From the NCBI RefSeq assembly GCF_963921235.1, contig NC_086097.1:192388001-192452000 (forward strand): a DNA stretch of 64,000 nucleotides, read 5' to 3'. The position numbers were made by a program, and so were the translations under genes. Source of the DNA: Mobula hypostoma. Taxonomy: Eukaryota. Below are positions 38,622 through 50,742 of this stretch, one piece after another. The notes under the pieces were generated by a model. That model did no database searches, was not told the origin of the DNA, and saw only the letters and a program-made list of their open reading frames with translations. Each line of letters starts with the position of its first letter. Within the stretch, counting starts at the first letter, position 1.

Positions 38622-40391
38622 CATTACCAACAAAGGCTTGGAACATGGACTGTTCTACATAGCCAACAAAAAGGCAGGATTAACTGGGGCCCATGCAGGT
38701 GTCCATGGGTACCCCTTGAGTTTGGAGAAAATGGGAGGAGTTGAAGGAAAAATTGCAGAGGGTGAGGACCAGTTCTGCCATAAGGTGGCAGGAAACTGGG
38801 TCAAGTCTTTGTTAAGAAAGAAGCAAAGAAATTTAAGCCTTCATGATGGGGGATAGAACGATATAAGGACTGCCTTCTTCTCATTGTCCAAAGATGTACA
38901 GGATAATTCATGGTGAAAATGACATGGTCAGGGCCAGGGAATTGAAAGTCATTGTGGAGATTGAGAACATGTGAAGTATCATGGTTAAAGGCGGGAAAAC
39001 ACTGAACCAAGTGGAATAGAATAGGGTCTAAGTCTGCAGGCACTAGTTCAGTGGAGAAGGAGATGCAGAGGCAATGGGCCTGCATGGACAGTAAGGTTTA
39101 TGGATCTTGGGTAGGAAGTAGAAGCGAGCTTTGCTGAGTAATAGAACTATGAGTTTGCTGGCAGTGGATGGAAATTCTCCAGAGATGATGAGGTTAGTGA
39201 TGGTGTCTGAGACAATTTTCTGTTTGATCCAGAGCGAGTTACTTTTCAAGAGGTAAGTCAGAGGAGGTGGCTGTGGGTTGTCACCTGGCCTCAACAAGGT
39301 AGAGGTACATCCACCACACTACAACAGTATCCCCTTTTTTGCTTTAATGGTAAGGTTGGGAATGGTGGAGGGCAGTGTGTTCAGAAAGGGTAAATTTCGA
39401 GGGGGAGAGAGGAATGCCAAGGAGTGTTGATGTCTCATTAACAATTAGAGATCCAGAGCAAACTGAGAACCCCAGAACGGAGCATTCAGCAAGAAGAAAA
39501 AGAGGGTTGGAGATGGGAGAAGAGGAGATTTCTAAGTTTGGTGATGAGAAGTGCACACAATATTCTAAGTGCAATCTAACTAGTAATTTATATAGTTATG
39601 ACATAACATCCTGACCTTTATATTGCATGCGTTGACCTATGATGATAAGATTGCTACAAGCCTTCTTCTCCAACCAAGGTATGTTTTGTCATTTACAGCA
39701 AACTATGGTGTGGAATCACAAAGTTGCTCTGTTTTTTGTTCTTTCTTAATACTCTGTCATTTGCTGTATACTGTATGTCCTCGCCATATTTAACCTCCCA
39801 AAATGAATCATCTTCCATCTGTTAATTCTTCACCAAGAAGTTTTTGTTTTATCTACAATCTTATAATTTTTTCCTCCTCTGTAGGTTTTATATTATGAGC
39901 TTGTCTTATATAAATAATTTTGTTAATGCATAAATTGACCAGTAATAAATATAGTTACTACCTGTAGAATCAGTAGTGTTTTGCATTTGTACTATTTGGA
40001 ATTATTCCTCATTGGTATTGTTGTCTCCTTGCCACTATTAATTTATCTTCTTTCCACTTAATGAACAGAACTACTCCTGCATGTTTGTGTCTATGGTGTA
40101 CTTCTCTGGGATGACTGTGCATGTGGCTAGTTAGTTAATTATAATAATAATAATAACAGACTAGTGCTAACTGAAATAAATGTGGTTATTATTTCACTGT
40201 ACAAAGTAATTGTTTATCTATACAAGCTCATTTTAATATTTGTATTGTAAAGAGCTAATCATTTTACATTTTGCACATTCTTATCAACTGACTAGAAATA
40301 TCCTGAAAATTATTATTGCAAAGGTATTGACACTAGTCCTTGCCGTAAAATGTATTCCATTCCCACTGATGCCACCCCTCCTGAGCAACTG

Positions 40392-40665
40392 GCTGTCCCA
40401 ATAGTGTAGGAGCTAGTGCAATGCCATTACAGCTTGGGGTATTCTGGAGCTTGGAGTTCAATTCTGGTGCCGCCTGTAAGTTTATATGTTCTCTTGCGAA
40501 CTGCATGAATCTCCTCTGGGTTCTCTGGCTTCCTCTCATTGTCCAAAGATGTACAGGATAATATGTGAGTTGGTCATTCTAAATTGTGATTAGGCTAGTG
40601 CTAAATAGATGGTTTGCTGGGTGATGTGGCTCATTGGGCTCTGTCAGTCTAAATAAAAAAAAATT
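40392..40665 (+). mobile_element. tRNA-derived V-SINE (HE1-like), degenerate
   Basis: B-box-like ggagttcaattct, V-domain-like ctcctctgggttctctggcttcctctcattgtccaaagatgta, A-rich tail. Confidence 0.65.
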
Positions 40666-41724
40666 AAGTTTCTAAAGCTGGAATCCGTACTCCTCATTGT
40701 TGGCTGTGCCATCAACAGCTGAAGACCAAAGTTCTGCTACTGCCTCTCCATACCTCCCATCCCCTCTGTCATTTAGACACCAGTTAATATCTTTTTGGTC
40801 GCATGCATAATCATCATTCCAATATTTCCTCATGTGGGTCAGTTCAATAATTAGTTAACCTGCCTGCCATGTCTTGTGATGTTTCACTTCCCTTCAGTTG
40901 TGCTTATACTTACATTCATTGTCTCTGACAATCTTCACTTACAATGGAACAAGAAGCTGCTTTCCTTTAAATTATTTACACATAAATTGCACAAAAGAAG
41001 CTAGGCCATAAAATTAGTTTGGGCTTTGCACTATTCATATTAGACTGCTTTTACAGAAAATCTATCTAGTCACCTACCTGAGCTCTATTCAACTCAGAAA
41101 TGTGGCTTCAGCATATATCTGTAATGGACATTAATGCTGGCTTATCCGATTGATCTGAATTTGCAGTAATGGCAAAGCAATTGTGCTTGTGGCTTGCATC
41201 AGAAAGGGCTCCTGATGAAAACTGATTGATCTCTGTAGCATTTTAGCTTTCAGAACAATGGAACCCAGGCATCCACTAGCTGCAATCTCACCAAATTAGA
41301 CAGCTAGTCATCACAGTTAAAAGTCGTGCAACATAGATTGAAGCAAAATGATTTAAAATATTACATGGAAAGATGGATATACAGCATATTTGTGTGGAGA
41401 GCAGCTGAATTAATCATGAATCAACATTTAAAATGAACCAAAAAGACAGAAAAATATCTGGACCTATCTGGACTTTGACTCGTGTAGATATGCTTATTTC
41501 CACTATGCAATTGAAAATAGACTTTCTTGAAGTAAAATGCAATACAAATCCTTTCTAGACATTTTCTTTCACCAAAAAAAAATCCTATTTCAATGCACTT
41601 GCGCATTAAGTATTATTCTCTGATTTCTATGTTGGACATATCATGCAACCGTCCTTTCAGCATAGCAAAGGGAAGTTGACCAGATTGACCACTGTGGTTA
41701 TTCCCAGAAACCCATTCTATCACT

Positions 41725-42085
41725 GTGTTGTGCTGGCCCTGGCCCCCACCATTGGGCTTCATTTTCTATCCCTCAGGATGAACAACCATGGAGCAAAACT
41801 GAGAATCACAGAATGGCTATGGCAGGGACAGTCCATTCAAAGCACCAACTCTGTTCTAATCCAATACCCAAATGTGCCAGTTACATCCCAGGCACAACCC
41901 TCCCAGCATGGAGGACAACTTCAAAAGGCTGTGCCTCAAGAAGTCAACTCTGACCACCTGGAACGTTGCCCTCATCTCATTGCTACCTTCTCAGAGGAGT
42001 CCCAGGAGCCTGAAAACCCACATTCCATGTTTTAGGAGTAGCTTCTCCCCCTCTGCCATCAGATTTCAGAATAGTCCATAAAAAT
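41725..42085 (+). mobile_element. Rex/Babar-like LINE 3' fragment, degenerate
   Basis: NPPSMEDNFKRLCLKK..LISLLPSQRSPRSLKTHIPCFRSSFSPSAIRF. Confidence 0.6.
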
Positions 42086-42118
42086 TTGGACACTACCTCA
42101 CTACTCCACGTTAAACTT

Positions 42119-42272
42119 TAGGTTGACCTTCATTAATCCAGCACCATTGGGACCTGAGGAGTGTTGGATTAGTGAAAATGCCGAATTACAGAAGGATCAC
42201 ATTAAGCATAATCAGTGCCGGATTATCGAGGGAACCAGATTACAGGTAGTCAGATTAGTGAAGATCAACCTG
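42119..42272. mobile_element. 154-bp Tc1/mariner-superfamily (Tigger/pogo-like) MITE
   Basis: TIRs taggttgaccttcattaatc / gattagtgaagatcaacctg followed by TA; internal repeats of ggatta. Confidence 0.7.
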
Positions 42273-42314
42273 TATTTATTTATTATTATAATTAATAATG
42301 ACTTTCATATGTCA

Positions 42315-42935
42315 CAAGGCGTAGGAGCCTATGTTAACCCATCAATTCCCCTCCACCATTTGATCATTGCTGATTTATTTTCCCTCACATCCACATTCTT
42401 CTGTCTTCTCATTTGACACCCTTACTAATCAAGAACCTTTAAATATACCCAGTGACTTGACCTCTTCTGTTGTGTGTGATAATGAATTACACAGATTCAC
42501 CACCCTTTGGCTAAACTTCAGCTCTGTTATAAAGGGACGTCCTTCTGTTCTGAGATTGTGCCCCCTAGGTCTAGATTCCCACTTTTGGAAAAATCCTCTC
42601 CATGTCCACTCTGACTAGGGCTTTCAATATTCCGCAGGTTTCAATGAGATCCATCCTCATTCTGCTAAACTCCAATGAGTACAGGACCAGAGCCATCAAA
42701 TGTTCCTCATACATTAAACCTTTCATTCCTGGGATCACTCTTATGAACCTCTTCTGATCCCTCTCCAATGCTAGTTATTTGCTCTCAGTTCAGAAAGTGG
42801 TCTACACCTCCACTCCTTCAACCAAAGTGCATGACTATACAATTCCCTACTCTGTATTCCAATTCTTTCCCCATTTTCCTAATCTCTCTATCCTTCCGCA
42901 GACTCCCTGCTTCCTGAATACTACATGCTCCTCCA
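42315..42935 (-). mobile_element. CR1 3' end fragment
   Basis: ERDQKRFIRVIPGMKGLMYEEHLMAL..DLIETCGILK. Confidence 0.75.
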
Positions 42936-43216
42936 CCTATGTTGTCGTATGCTTTGCACTGAATGGCTGGCACAAAGCAAGACATTTCATGCCGTGTCAG
43001 TGAAAGTAAACCTTATTCTGATTCTGACCTCTACCACAGGCACCACCCCTACACTTCCTCTGTTATTAAAAACATATACAACAGCCTTTTGTTCACAACA
43101 ATAGAATTTGTTTCCCCCATCACATCTGATGGTGTATTCTAGATGCTAAACAATTACTGTAAAATAACAGTTCTTCCACATGTTACATTTTGATTCTTTA
43201 ATTATTTCATTCAACG

Positions 43217-43450
43217 TGGTGGTACAGTGACACAGCAGCTACAGTTGCTTCCTTGCAACTCGAGATTCGGTTTCAAGTTTGCATCTCGTTTTGTATGTGT
43301 GGAAAGTGCTCATTCGTCTTATCACTGCCTGGTTTTCCTCTAGTTTCCCTGGTTTCCTCTTAGAAATTAAGGATGTGCTGGTTGGTAGGTTATTTGGCTA
43401 TAATATATTGCCTTTAATCTGGGTGAATTGGGATTTAACAGCATTTGAGT
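43217..43450 (+). mobile_element. tRNA-derived V-SINE (HE1-like), degenerate
   Basis: Head gtggtacagtgacacagc..ggtttcaag; V-domain-like ggttttcctctagtttccctggtttcctc..gatgtgctggttggtaggttatttgg. Confidence 0.65.
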
Positions 43451-43829
43451 GCACAAAATTAGGCGGAAGAAAATCATCATGCTGTATGCAGATTTGTACT
43501 TGATAGACCAAATAGCATCCTTCTCTGTTGTACAGTACCCACAAATTCTTGATCATGCCACCATTGACACAGTTTCTACCAATTCTGTTCATATCCTTCA
43601 TGGTTTTATCACCATTATTAGATTTTGTTGAAATCTCCTTCATTCAAGAACAATATCAACTTCTTCAGGCTGTCCATAGAATCTCGTCACTAGAATCATA
43701 TTCCTAAACTATTTCTCTAATATCTTTTTCTTCCCCAAAGTCTGGGATCCAGAGATGGATAAAACAACTCAGTTGTGAATTATTCAGGTTCGTCTTGACT
43801 TTCTTACTCTACTACTCTGTATTAAGTTA

Positions 43830-44360
43830 GAAAAGATGTGCCTCATCTTATAAAAGATGAGCTGGCATTGGAGACGGTCCAGAGGAGGTTCACAAGAATG
43901 ATTCCAGGAATGAAAAGGTTATCATATGAGGAACGTTTGATGGCTCTGGGTCTGTACTCAGTGGAATTCAGAAGGATAAGGAAATGTTTTGAATGTTGAA
44001 AGGCCTAGAAAGAGTAGATGTGGAAAGGATGTTTCCCATGGTGGGGGAGTCTAGGACAAGAGGGTGCAGCCTCAGGATAGAGGGACACCCTTTGAAAACA
44101 GAGATGCAGAGAAATTTCTTTAGCCAAAGAGTGGTGAATTTGTGGAATATTTTGCCACATACCAGCTGTGGAGGCCAGGTCATTGGATGTATTTAAGGCA
44201 GAGATTGATAGGTTCTTGATTCGGCATGGCATTAAAGGTTACAGTGAGAAGGCCGGGAACTAGGGTTGAGAAGGAGAAAAAAGGATCAGCCATGATTGAA
44301 TGACTGAGCAGACATGATGGTCCAGATGGCCTAATTCTGCTCTTGTGCCTTATGGTCTAA
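43830..44360 (+). mobile_element. CR1 3' end
   Basis: VQRRFTRMIPG, TRGCSLRIEGHP..NFFSQRVVNLWN; tail ccttatggtct. Confidence 0.85.
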
Positions 44361-44924
44361 GTTTTACATTAACCATTTCTCGACCTGCTGTATAATTTTC
44401 AACAAAATATCCTAATAGGAATTGTGCCTCTTCTCAATTTTTACAAAAATGTAACACATTACATTTTTCAGCATTAACTTGCTTGTGCATCCACTGACTC
44501 CCTGCTGATCATCGAGTACACGTTGACGCCAATCACATTTTATTTTCTTACACATCACGAATTTTTCTCCCGAATGGTACTACTTATCTACACAGGATGG
44601 GAAATGTTTGGTGGACTACTAACCTATCAAGCCCAAGTCTTCAGAACCCTAAGAGTAAGGATGATGAACTTGGAACATGGGCCAATGCATAACATTTCGA
44701 TGTTATGGCCATTACAGACACTTGACTGTCACAGAAGCCAAGGGAAGGAGAGTGGAATTGCTAATCAGGGATAGCACCACAACTGCAGAAAGGGAGGATG
44801 ATATGAAGGGATTGGCCGCCTAGTCAGTGTGGGTGTAAATCAGGAAGAGGAAGGAAGAAATCACTCTATTGGAAGTATTTTATCATCACCCCAATAGGAA
44901 CAGGGACACAGAAGAGAAGATGGT

Positions 44925-45437
44925 ACATAGAGGGAGTACAAAGAAGGTTCACCAGATTGATTCCTGGGATGGCAGGACTTTCATATGAAGAAAGACTGGA
45001 TGAACTGGGCTTGTACTCGTTGGAATTTAGAAGATTGAGGGGGGATCTGATTGAAACGTATAAGATCCTAAAGGGATTGGACAGGCTAGATGCAGGAAGA
45101 TTGTTCCCGATGTTGGGGAAGTCCAGAACGAGGGGTCACAGTTTGAGGATAGAGGGGAAGCCTTTTAGGACCGAGATTAGGAAAAACTTCTTCACACAGA
45201 GAGTGGTGAATCTGTGGAATTCTCTGCCACAGGAAACTGTTGAGGCCAGTTCATTGGCTATGTTTAAGAGGGAGTTAGATATGGCCCTTGTGGCTACAGG
45301 GGTCAGGGGGTATGGAGGGAAGGCTGGGGCGGGGTTCTGAGTTGGATGATCAGCCATGATCATAATAGATGGCGGTGCAGGCTCGAAGGGCAGAATGGCC
45401 TACTCCTGCACCTATTTTCTATGTTTCTATGTTTCTA
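44925..45437 (+). mobile_element. Young CR1 3' end
   Basis: Open ORF2 C-terminus IPGMAGLSYEERL..NFFTQRVVNLWNSLP; (TTTCTATG)n tail. Confidence 0.9.
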
Positions 45438-45686
45438 TAAGGGACTTAGAAGAGAGTATGAAAAGGCCTTGTAGAGCAGGATTAAGGAAAGAACAGGAAG
45501 TTGAATAGTATGAGGGTAGAACTGCTCAAGATTAAAGGGGAAATTGTACCTGGAGGTGGAAGACACAGGGGATTACCTTAATGAATATTTTACTGTCATG
45601 TTCACAGGGAGAGGGACTTTGAATGTAAGGTCAGCATAGAACAGTCCAATCCTCTTGTTGAGGTTAACAAGAGATAGCGTTGGAGC

Positions 45687-48600
45687 AAATCGCGATATCT
45701 CGGATAGAGTTCTCGGTATTCTCAAGAGGGAGGGTGAGCAGCCAGATTTGTGTCCATGTAGGGACCAATGACTTGGATAGGAAGAAGGAGGAGGTCCTAC
45801 AAAGAGAATTTAGGCAGTTAGGTGCAAAGCTGAAGGACAGGACCTCCAGGTTTGCAATCTCAGGATTGCTACCTGTTCCACATGCTAGTGAGGCTAGAAA
45901 TATGAAGATAATGCAGCTAAATACGTGGCTAAGGAGTTGGTGCAGGAGGGAGGGCTTCATGTTTCTGGACAAATGGGCCTTGTTCCAGGGAAGGTGGGAC
46001 CTGTTCCGATGGGATGGGTTGCACCCGAACTGGAGGGGGACTAACATCCTTGCGGGAAGGTTTGCTAGTGCTGCTCTAGGGGGTTTAAACTAGATTTGCA
46101 GGGGGAGGGGATCCAGAGTGTTAGAGCAGATAGTGAGGTGGAGGAGGATAAACGTCATGCAAGAACTGTAAATATAGTACATTGAGTAAAGCCAGATCTA
46201 ACATATAGAGAGGCTTTGAGGAAAGAGAAGCAGAATAATAGGTGTAAAGGTAGTAAGGTAGAAGGACTAAAGTGAGTGTACTTCAATGCAAGAAGCATCG
46301 GGAGCAAAGGTGATGAACTGAGAGCTTGGATACATACATGGAATTATGGTGTAGTGGCCATTACAGAGACTTGGCTGGCATCAGGGCAGGAATGGATTCC
46401 CAATATTCCTGGATTTCAATGTTTTAAAAGGGATAGGGGGGAGAAAGGGGAGGAGAGGTGGCAATACTGTTCAGGGATACTATTACAGTTACAAAAAGGG
46501 TGGGTAATGTAGCAGGATCCCCTTTTGAGTTAGTATGGGTAGAAGTCAGGAACAGGAAGGGAGCAGTTACTCTATTGGGAGTATTCTATAGGCCCCCTGG
46601 TAGCAGCAGAGATACCGAGGAGCAGATTGGGAGGCAGATTTTGGAAAGGTGCAAAAATAGCAGGGTTGTTATCATGGGTGACTTTAACTTCCCTAATATT
46701 GATTGGCACCTGATTAGTTCCAATGGTTTAGACAGGGCAGAGTTTGTTAAATGTGTCCAGTAAAGATTCCTATCACTGTATATTGACAGGCCGACTAGGG
46801 GGAATGCCATACTAGATCTAGTATTAGGTAACGAATCGGGTCAGGTCACAGATCGCTCAGTGGGTGAGCATCTGGGGGACAGTGACCACTGCTCCCTGGC
46901 ATTTAACATTCTCATGGAAAAGGATAGAATCAGAGAGGACAGGAAAATTTTTAATTGGGGAAGGGCAAATTATGAGGCTATAAGGCAAGAACTTGTGAGT
47001 GTGAATTGGGATGATGTTTTTGCAGGGAAATTTACTATGGACATGTGGTCGATGTTTCGCGATCTCTTGCAGGATGTTAGGGATAAATTTGTCCTGGTGA
47101 GGAAGATAAAGAATGGTAAGGTGAAAGAACCATGGATGACAAGTGAGGTGGAAAATCTAGTCAGGTGGAAGAAGGCAGCATACGTGAGGTTTTGGAAGCA
47201 AGGATCAGATGGGTCTATTGAGGAATATAGGGTAGCAAGAAAGGAGCTTAAGAAAGGGCTGAGAAGAGCAAGAAGGGGGGGCATGAGAAAGCCTTGATGA
47301 GTAGGGTAAATGAAAATCCCCAGGCATTCTTCAATTATGTGAAGAACAAAGGATGACAGGAGTGAAGGTAGGACTGATTAGAGATAAAGGTGGGAAGATG
47401 TGCTTGGAGACTGTGGAAGTGAGCGAGATCCTCAATGAATACTTCTCTTCGGTACTCACCAATGAGAGGGAACTTGACTACGGTGCAGACAATATGAGTG
47501 AGGTTGATGTTCTGGAGCATGTTGATATTAAGGGAGAGGAGGTGCTGGAGTTGTTAAAATACATTAGGACAGATAAGTCCCAGGGGCCTGACGGAATATT
47601 TCCCAGGCTGCTCCACGAGGCAAGGGAAGAGATTGCTGAGCCTCTGGCTAGGATCTTCATGTCCTCGTTGTCCACGGGAATGGTACTGGAGGATTGGAGA
47701 GAGGTGAATGTTGTCCCCTTGTTCAAAAATGGTAGTAGGGTTAGTCCGGGTAATTATAGACCAGTGAGCTTTATGTCTGTGGTGGGAAAGCTGTTGGAAA
47801 AGATTCTTCGAGATAGGATCTATGGGCATTTAGAGAATCATGGTCTGATCAGGGACAGTCGGCATGGCTTTGTGAAGGGCAGATTGTGTCTAACAAGCCT
47901 GATAGAGTTCTTTAAGGTGGTGACCAGGCATATAAATGAGGGTAGTGCAGTGGATGTGATCTACGTGGATTTTAGTATGGCATTTGACAAGGTTCCACAC
48001 AGCAGGCTTATTCAGAAAGTCAAAAGGCATGGGATCCAGGGAAGTTTGGCCAGGTGGATTCAGAATTGGCTTGGCTGCAGAAAACAGCAGGTTATGGTGG
48101 AGGGAGTACATTCGGATTGGAGGGTTGTTACTAGTGGTGTCCCACAAGGATCGGTTCTGGGACCTCTACTTTTCGTGATTTTTATTAACGACCTGGATGT
48201 GGGGGTAGAAGGCTGGGTTGGCAAGTTTGCAGATGACACAAAGGTTGGTGGTGTTGTGGATAGTGTAGAGGATTGTCAAAGGTTGCAGGAAGACATTGAT
48301 AGGATGCAGAAGTGGGCTGAGAAGTGGCAGATGGAATTCAACCCGGAAAAGTGTGAGGTGGTACACTTTGGCAGGACAAACTCCAAGGCAGAGTACAAAA
48401 TAAATGGCAGGATACTTGGTCATGTGGAGGAGCAGAGGGATCTGGGGGTACATGTCCACAGATCCCTGAAAGTTGCTTCACAGGTAGATAGCGTAGTTAA
48501 GAAAGCTTATGTGGTGTTAGCTTTCATAAGTCGAGGGATAGCGTTTAAGAGTCGCGAGGTAACAATGGAGCTCTATAAAACTCTGGTTAGGCCACACTTG

Positions 48601-49120
48601 GAGTACTGTGTTGCCTCACTGTAGGAAGGATGTGGAAGATGTGGAAGCATTTGAAAGGGTACAGAGGAGATTTACCAGGATGCTGCCTGGTTTAGAGAGT
48701 ATGCATTATGATCAGAGATTAAAGGTGCTAGGGCTTTACTCTTTGGAGAGAAGGAGGATGAGAGGAGACGTGATAGAGGTATACAAGATATTAAGAGAAA
48801 TTGATAGAGTGGTCAGCCAGTGCCTCTTCCCCAGGGCACCATTGCTCAATACAAGAGGACATGGATTTAAGGTAAGGGGTGGGAAGTTCAAGGGGGATAT
48901 TAGAGGAAGGTTTTTTACTCAGAGAGTGGTTGGTGCGTGGAATGCACTGCCTGAGTCAATGATGGATGTAGATACACTAGTGAAATTTAAGAGACTACCA
49001 GACAGGTATATGGAGGAATTTAAGGTGGGCGGTTATATGGGAGGCAGGGTTTAAGGATCGGCAGAACATTATGGACCGAAGGGCCTGTACTGTGCTGTAC
49101 TAATCTATGTCCTATGTTCT
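45687..49120 (+). mobile_element. CR1 LINE, near full-length (ORF1 esterase C-part plus whole ORF2 with several disablements)
   Basis: VHVGTNDL..SGLLPVP..WDGLHPN (SGNH-like), YFNARSIG, MGDFNFP, GDSDH, RT ORF 47353-48624 with KFADD; tail ctatgtcctatgttct. Confidence 0.92.
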
Positions 49121-50639
49121 AGCTTCTGAAAAAGTATAAGATGGATAAATTCCCAGGGCCTGACAGGATATACCACAGTTTACTATGGGAAATGAGGGAG
49201 GAGATTGCTTGGGCACTGAAGGTTATCTTTGCATACGGAAAGATTGGAGGATGAAAAGATTATTTTCCTTTGTTCAAGAAGGATAATAGGGATAACCCTG
49301 GGAATTAGAGACCAATGAGTTTTGAATCAGTGGTGGGTTAACTATTGGAGAGTTTCTTCGGAACAAGACATATGAGCATTTGAAGAAGCACAGTCTTAAT
49401 AGGGATAGTCAGAAAAGTTTTGTGAGAAGTTGTACCTCATGAGCCTAAATGAATTTTTGGAGGAGATTCACAAAACAATTTGGATGTTGAGCAGTGGATG
49501 TGGTGTTTATGGATTTCACTAAGGTGTTTGACAAGGTGTCTCATGGTTTGTTCATCCAGAAAGTCATGAAACATGGAAGTTGGGCTGTATGGATTGAGAA
49601 TTTGCTTGACCCCAGAAGGCAGAGGATGGTAGTAGATGGAGCATATTCTGCCTAGAGGTCAGTGACTGATGGTGTTCTGCGGGAATCTGTTTTCGGACCC
49701 CTGATCTTTGTGATTTTTATGAGTGATTTGGATGAGGAAGTGGAATGGCGGGTTCGTAAATTTACAGCTGACTTAAAGGTTGGAGGTGTTGTGGATAGTA
49801 TAGGAACTTATTGTATGTTACAATGGCATATAGACAAGATGCAGAATTGAACAAAGAAGTGGTAGATGGTTCATTGCTGGAAAGTGTCAAGTAATATACT
49901 TACGAAGATTGAACATGAAGATGGAGTACAGGGTTAATAGCAGGATTCTTAGCAGTATGGAGGAAAGAGTGATATTGGGATCCCTCAAATTTTTCATGCA
50001 AGACGATAGGGTGTTTAAGAATGCAATGGTGTGCTGTCCTTAATTAATGGGGACTGAGTTCAAGAGCCATGAGGTGGCGTTGCAACTCTATAAAACTCTG
50101 ATTAGGCCACGCCTGGAGTATTGTGTTCTGTTCTAGTCACCTCATTAAAGGAAGGATGTGAAAGATTTAGAGACAGAGTAGAGGAGATTTATCAAGATGC
50201 TGCCTGGAAAAGAGAACATTTCTTATGAAGAAAGTTTGAGTGAGTGAGGGCTTCCTTAGTTGGAACAAAGGAGGATGAGGGGCAAGTTGATTGAAGTGTA
50301 TAAGATTATGAGAGGCCGAGGTTGAGTGGATAGCCAGCACCATTTTCATAGGCTGACAATGACTAATGCCAGAGAACATCTATTTAAAGAGAGTTGTAAG
50401 AGGTAGGTTTTTACAGAGTGTTGGGTATCTGGACCATTCTGCCAGTGATGGTGGTAGAGCCTGATAAAACAGTGCTATTTAAGAGACTCTTGGGTAAGTA
50501 TATGAATGTCAGAAAATTGAGCTGTGTAGGAGGAAAGGGACAGATTGATTGTGGAGCAGGTTTGTTCTGTAATGTTGGCACAGCATTATACTCTGGAAGA
50601 TCCATATTGTGTCATACTGTCCTATGTTCTAGAACAATT

Positions 50640-50742
50640 AGTCACAGGGAGAATTACATAATGCAGACAGCACTGGAGGCTAAGTTTGAACCCAGATTAC
50701 TAGAGATGAGGGGCCATCTCTACCAACTGTACCAGTGTCACC
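50640..50742 (-). mobile_element. tRNA-derived SINE head fragment
   Basis: Minus strand ggtacagttggtagag..ctgggttcaaact..tgctgtctg..ttctccctgtgac (A/B-box-like). Confidence 0.55.

Larger units (their letters stand above)
31078..39520 (-). mobile_element. Penelope-like (Neptune-type) element broken into four blocks by nested insertions
   Basis: Blocks ~31078-31373, 32780-33152, 37461-38220 and 38622-39520; motifs ARFYFLPKIHKP..CRPIASA, QTQGVPMDTCMGP, IDDCIG-like, RVEEQHLI, and a terminal region with a hammerhead remnant at 31194-31229. Confidence 0.85.
44520..50630 (+). mobile_element. Old CR1 ORF2 interrupted by two younger CR1 copies (blocks ~44520-44920, 45440-45686, 49121-50630)
   Basis: Endonuclease remnant, then gttggagc|agcttctgaaaaagtataagatggataaattcccagggcc rejoin; FMDFTKVFDKV, GPLIFVIFMSDLD; tail cctatgttcta. 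Confidence 0.75.

Noticed and set aside
40392..43450. tRNA genes suggested by A/B-box-like motifs
   Set aside because: They are degenerate SINE heads followed by V-domain-like sequence and form no cloverleaf.
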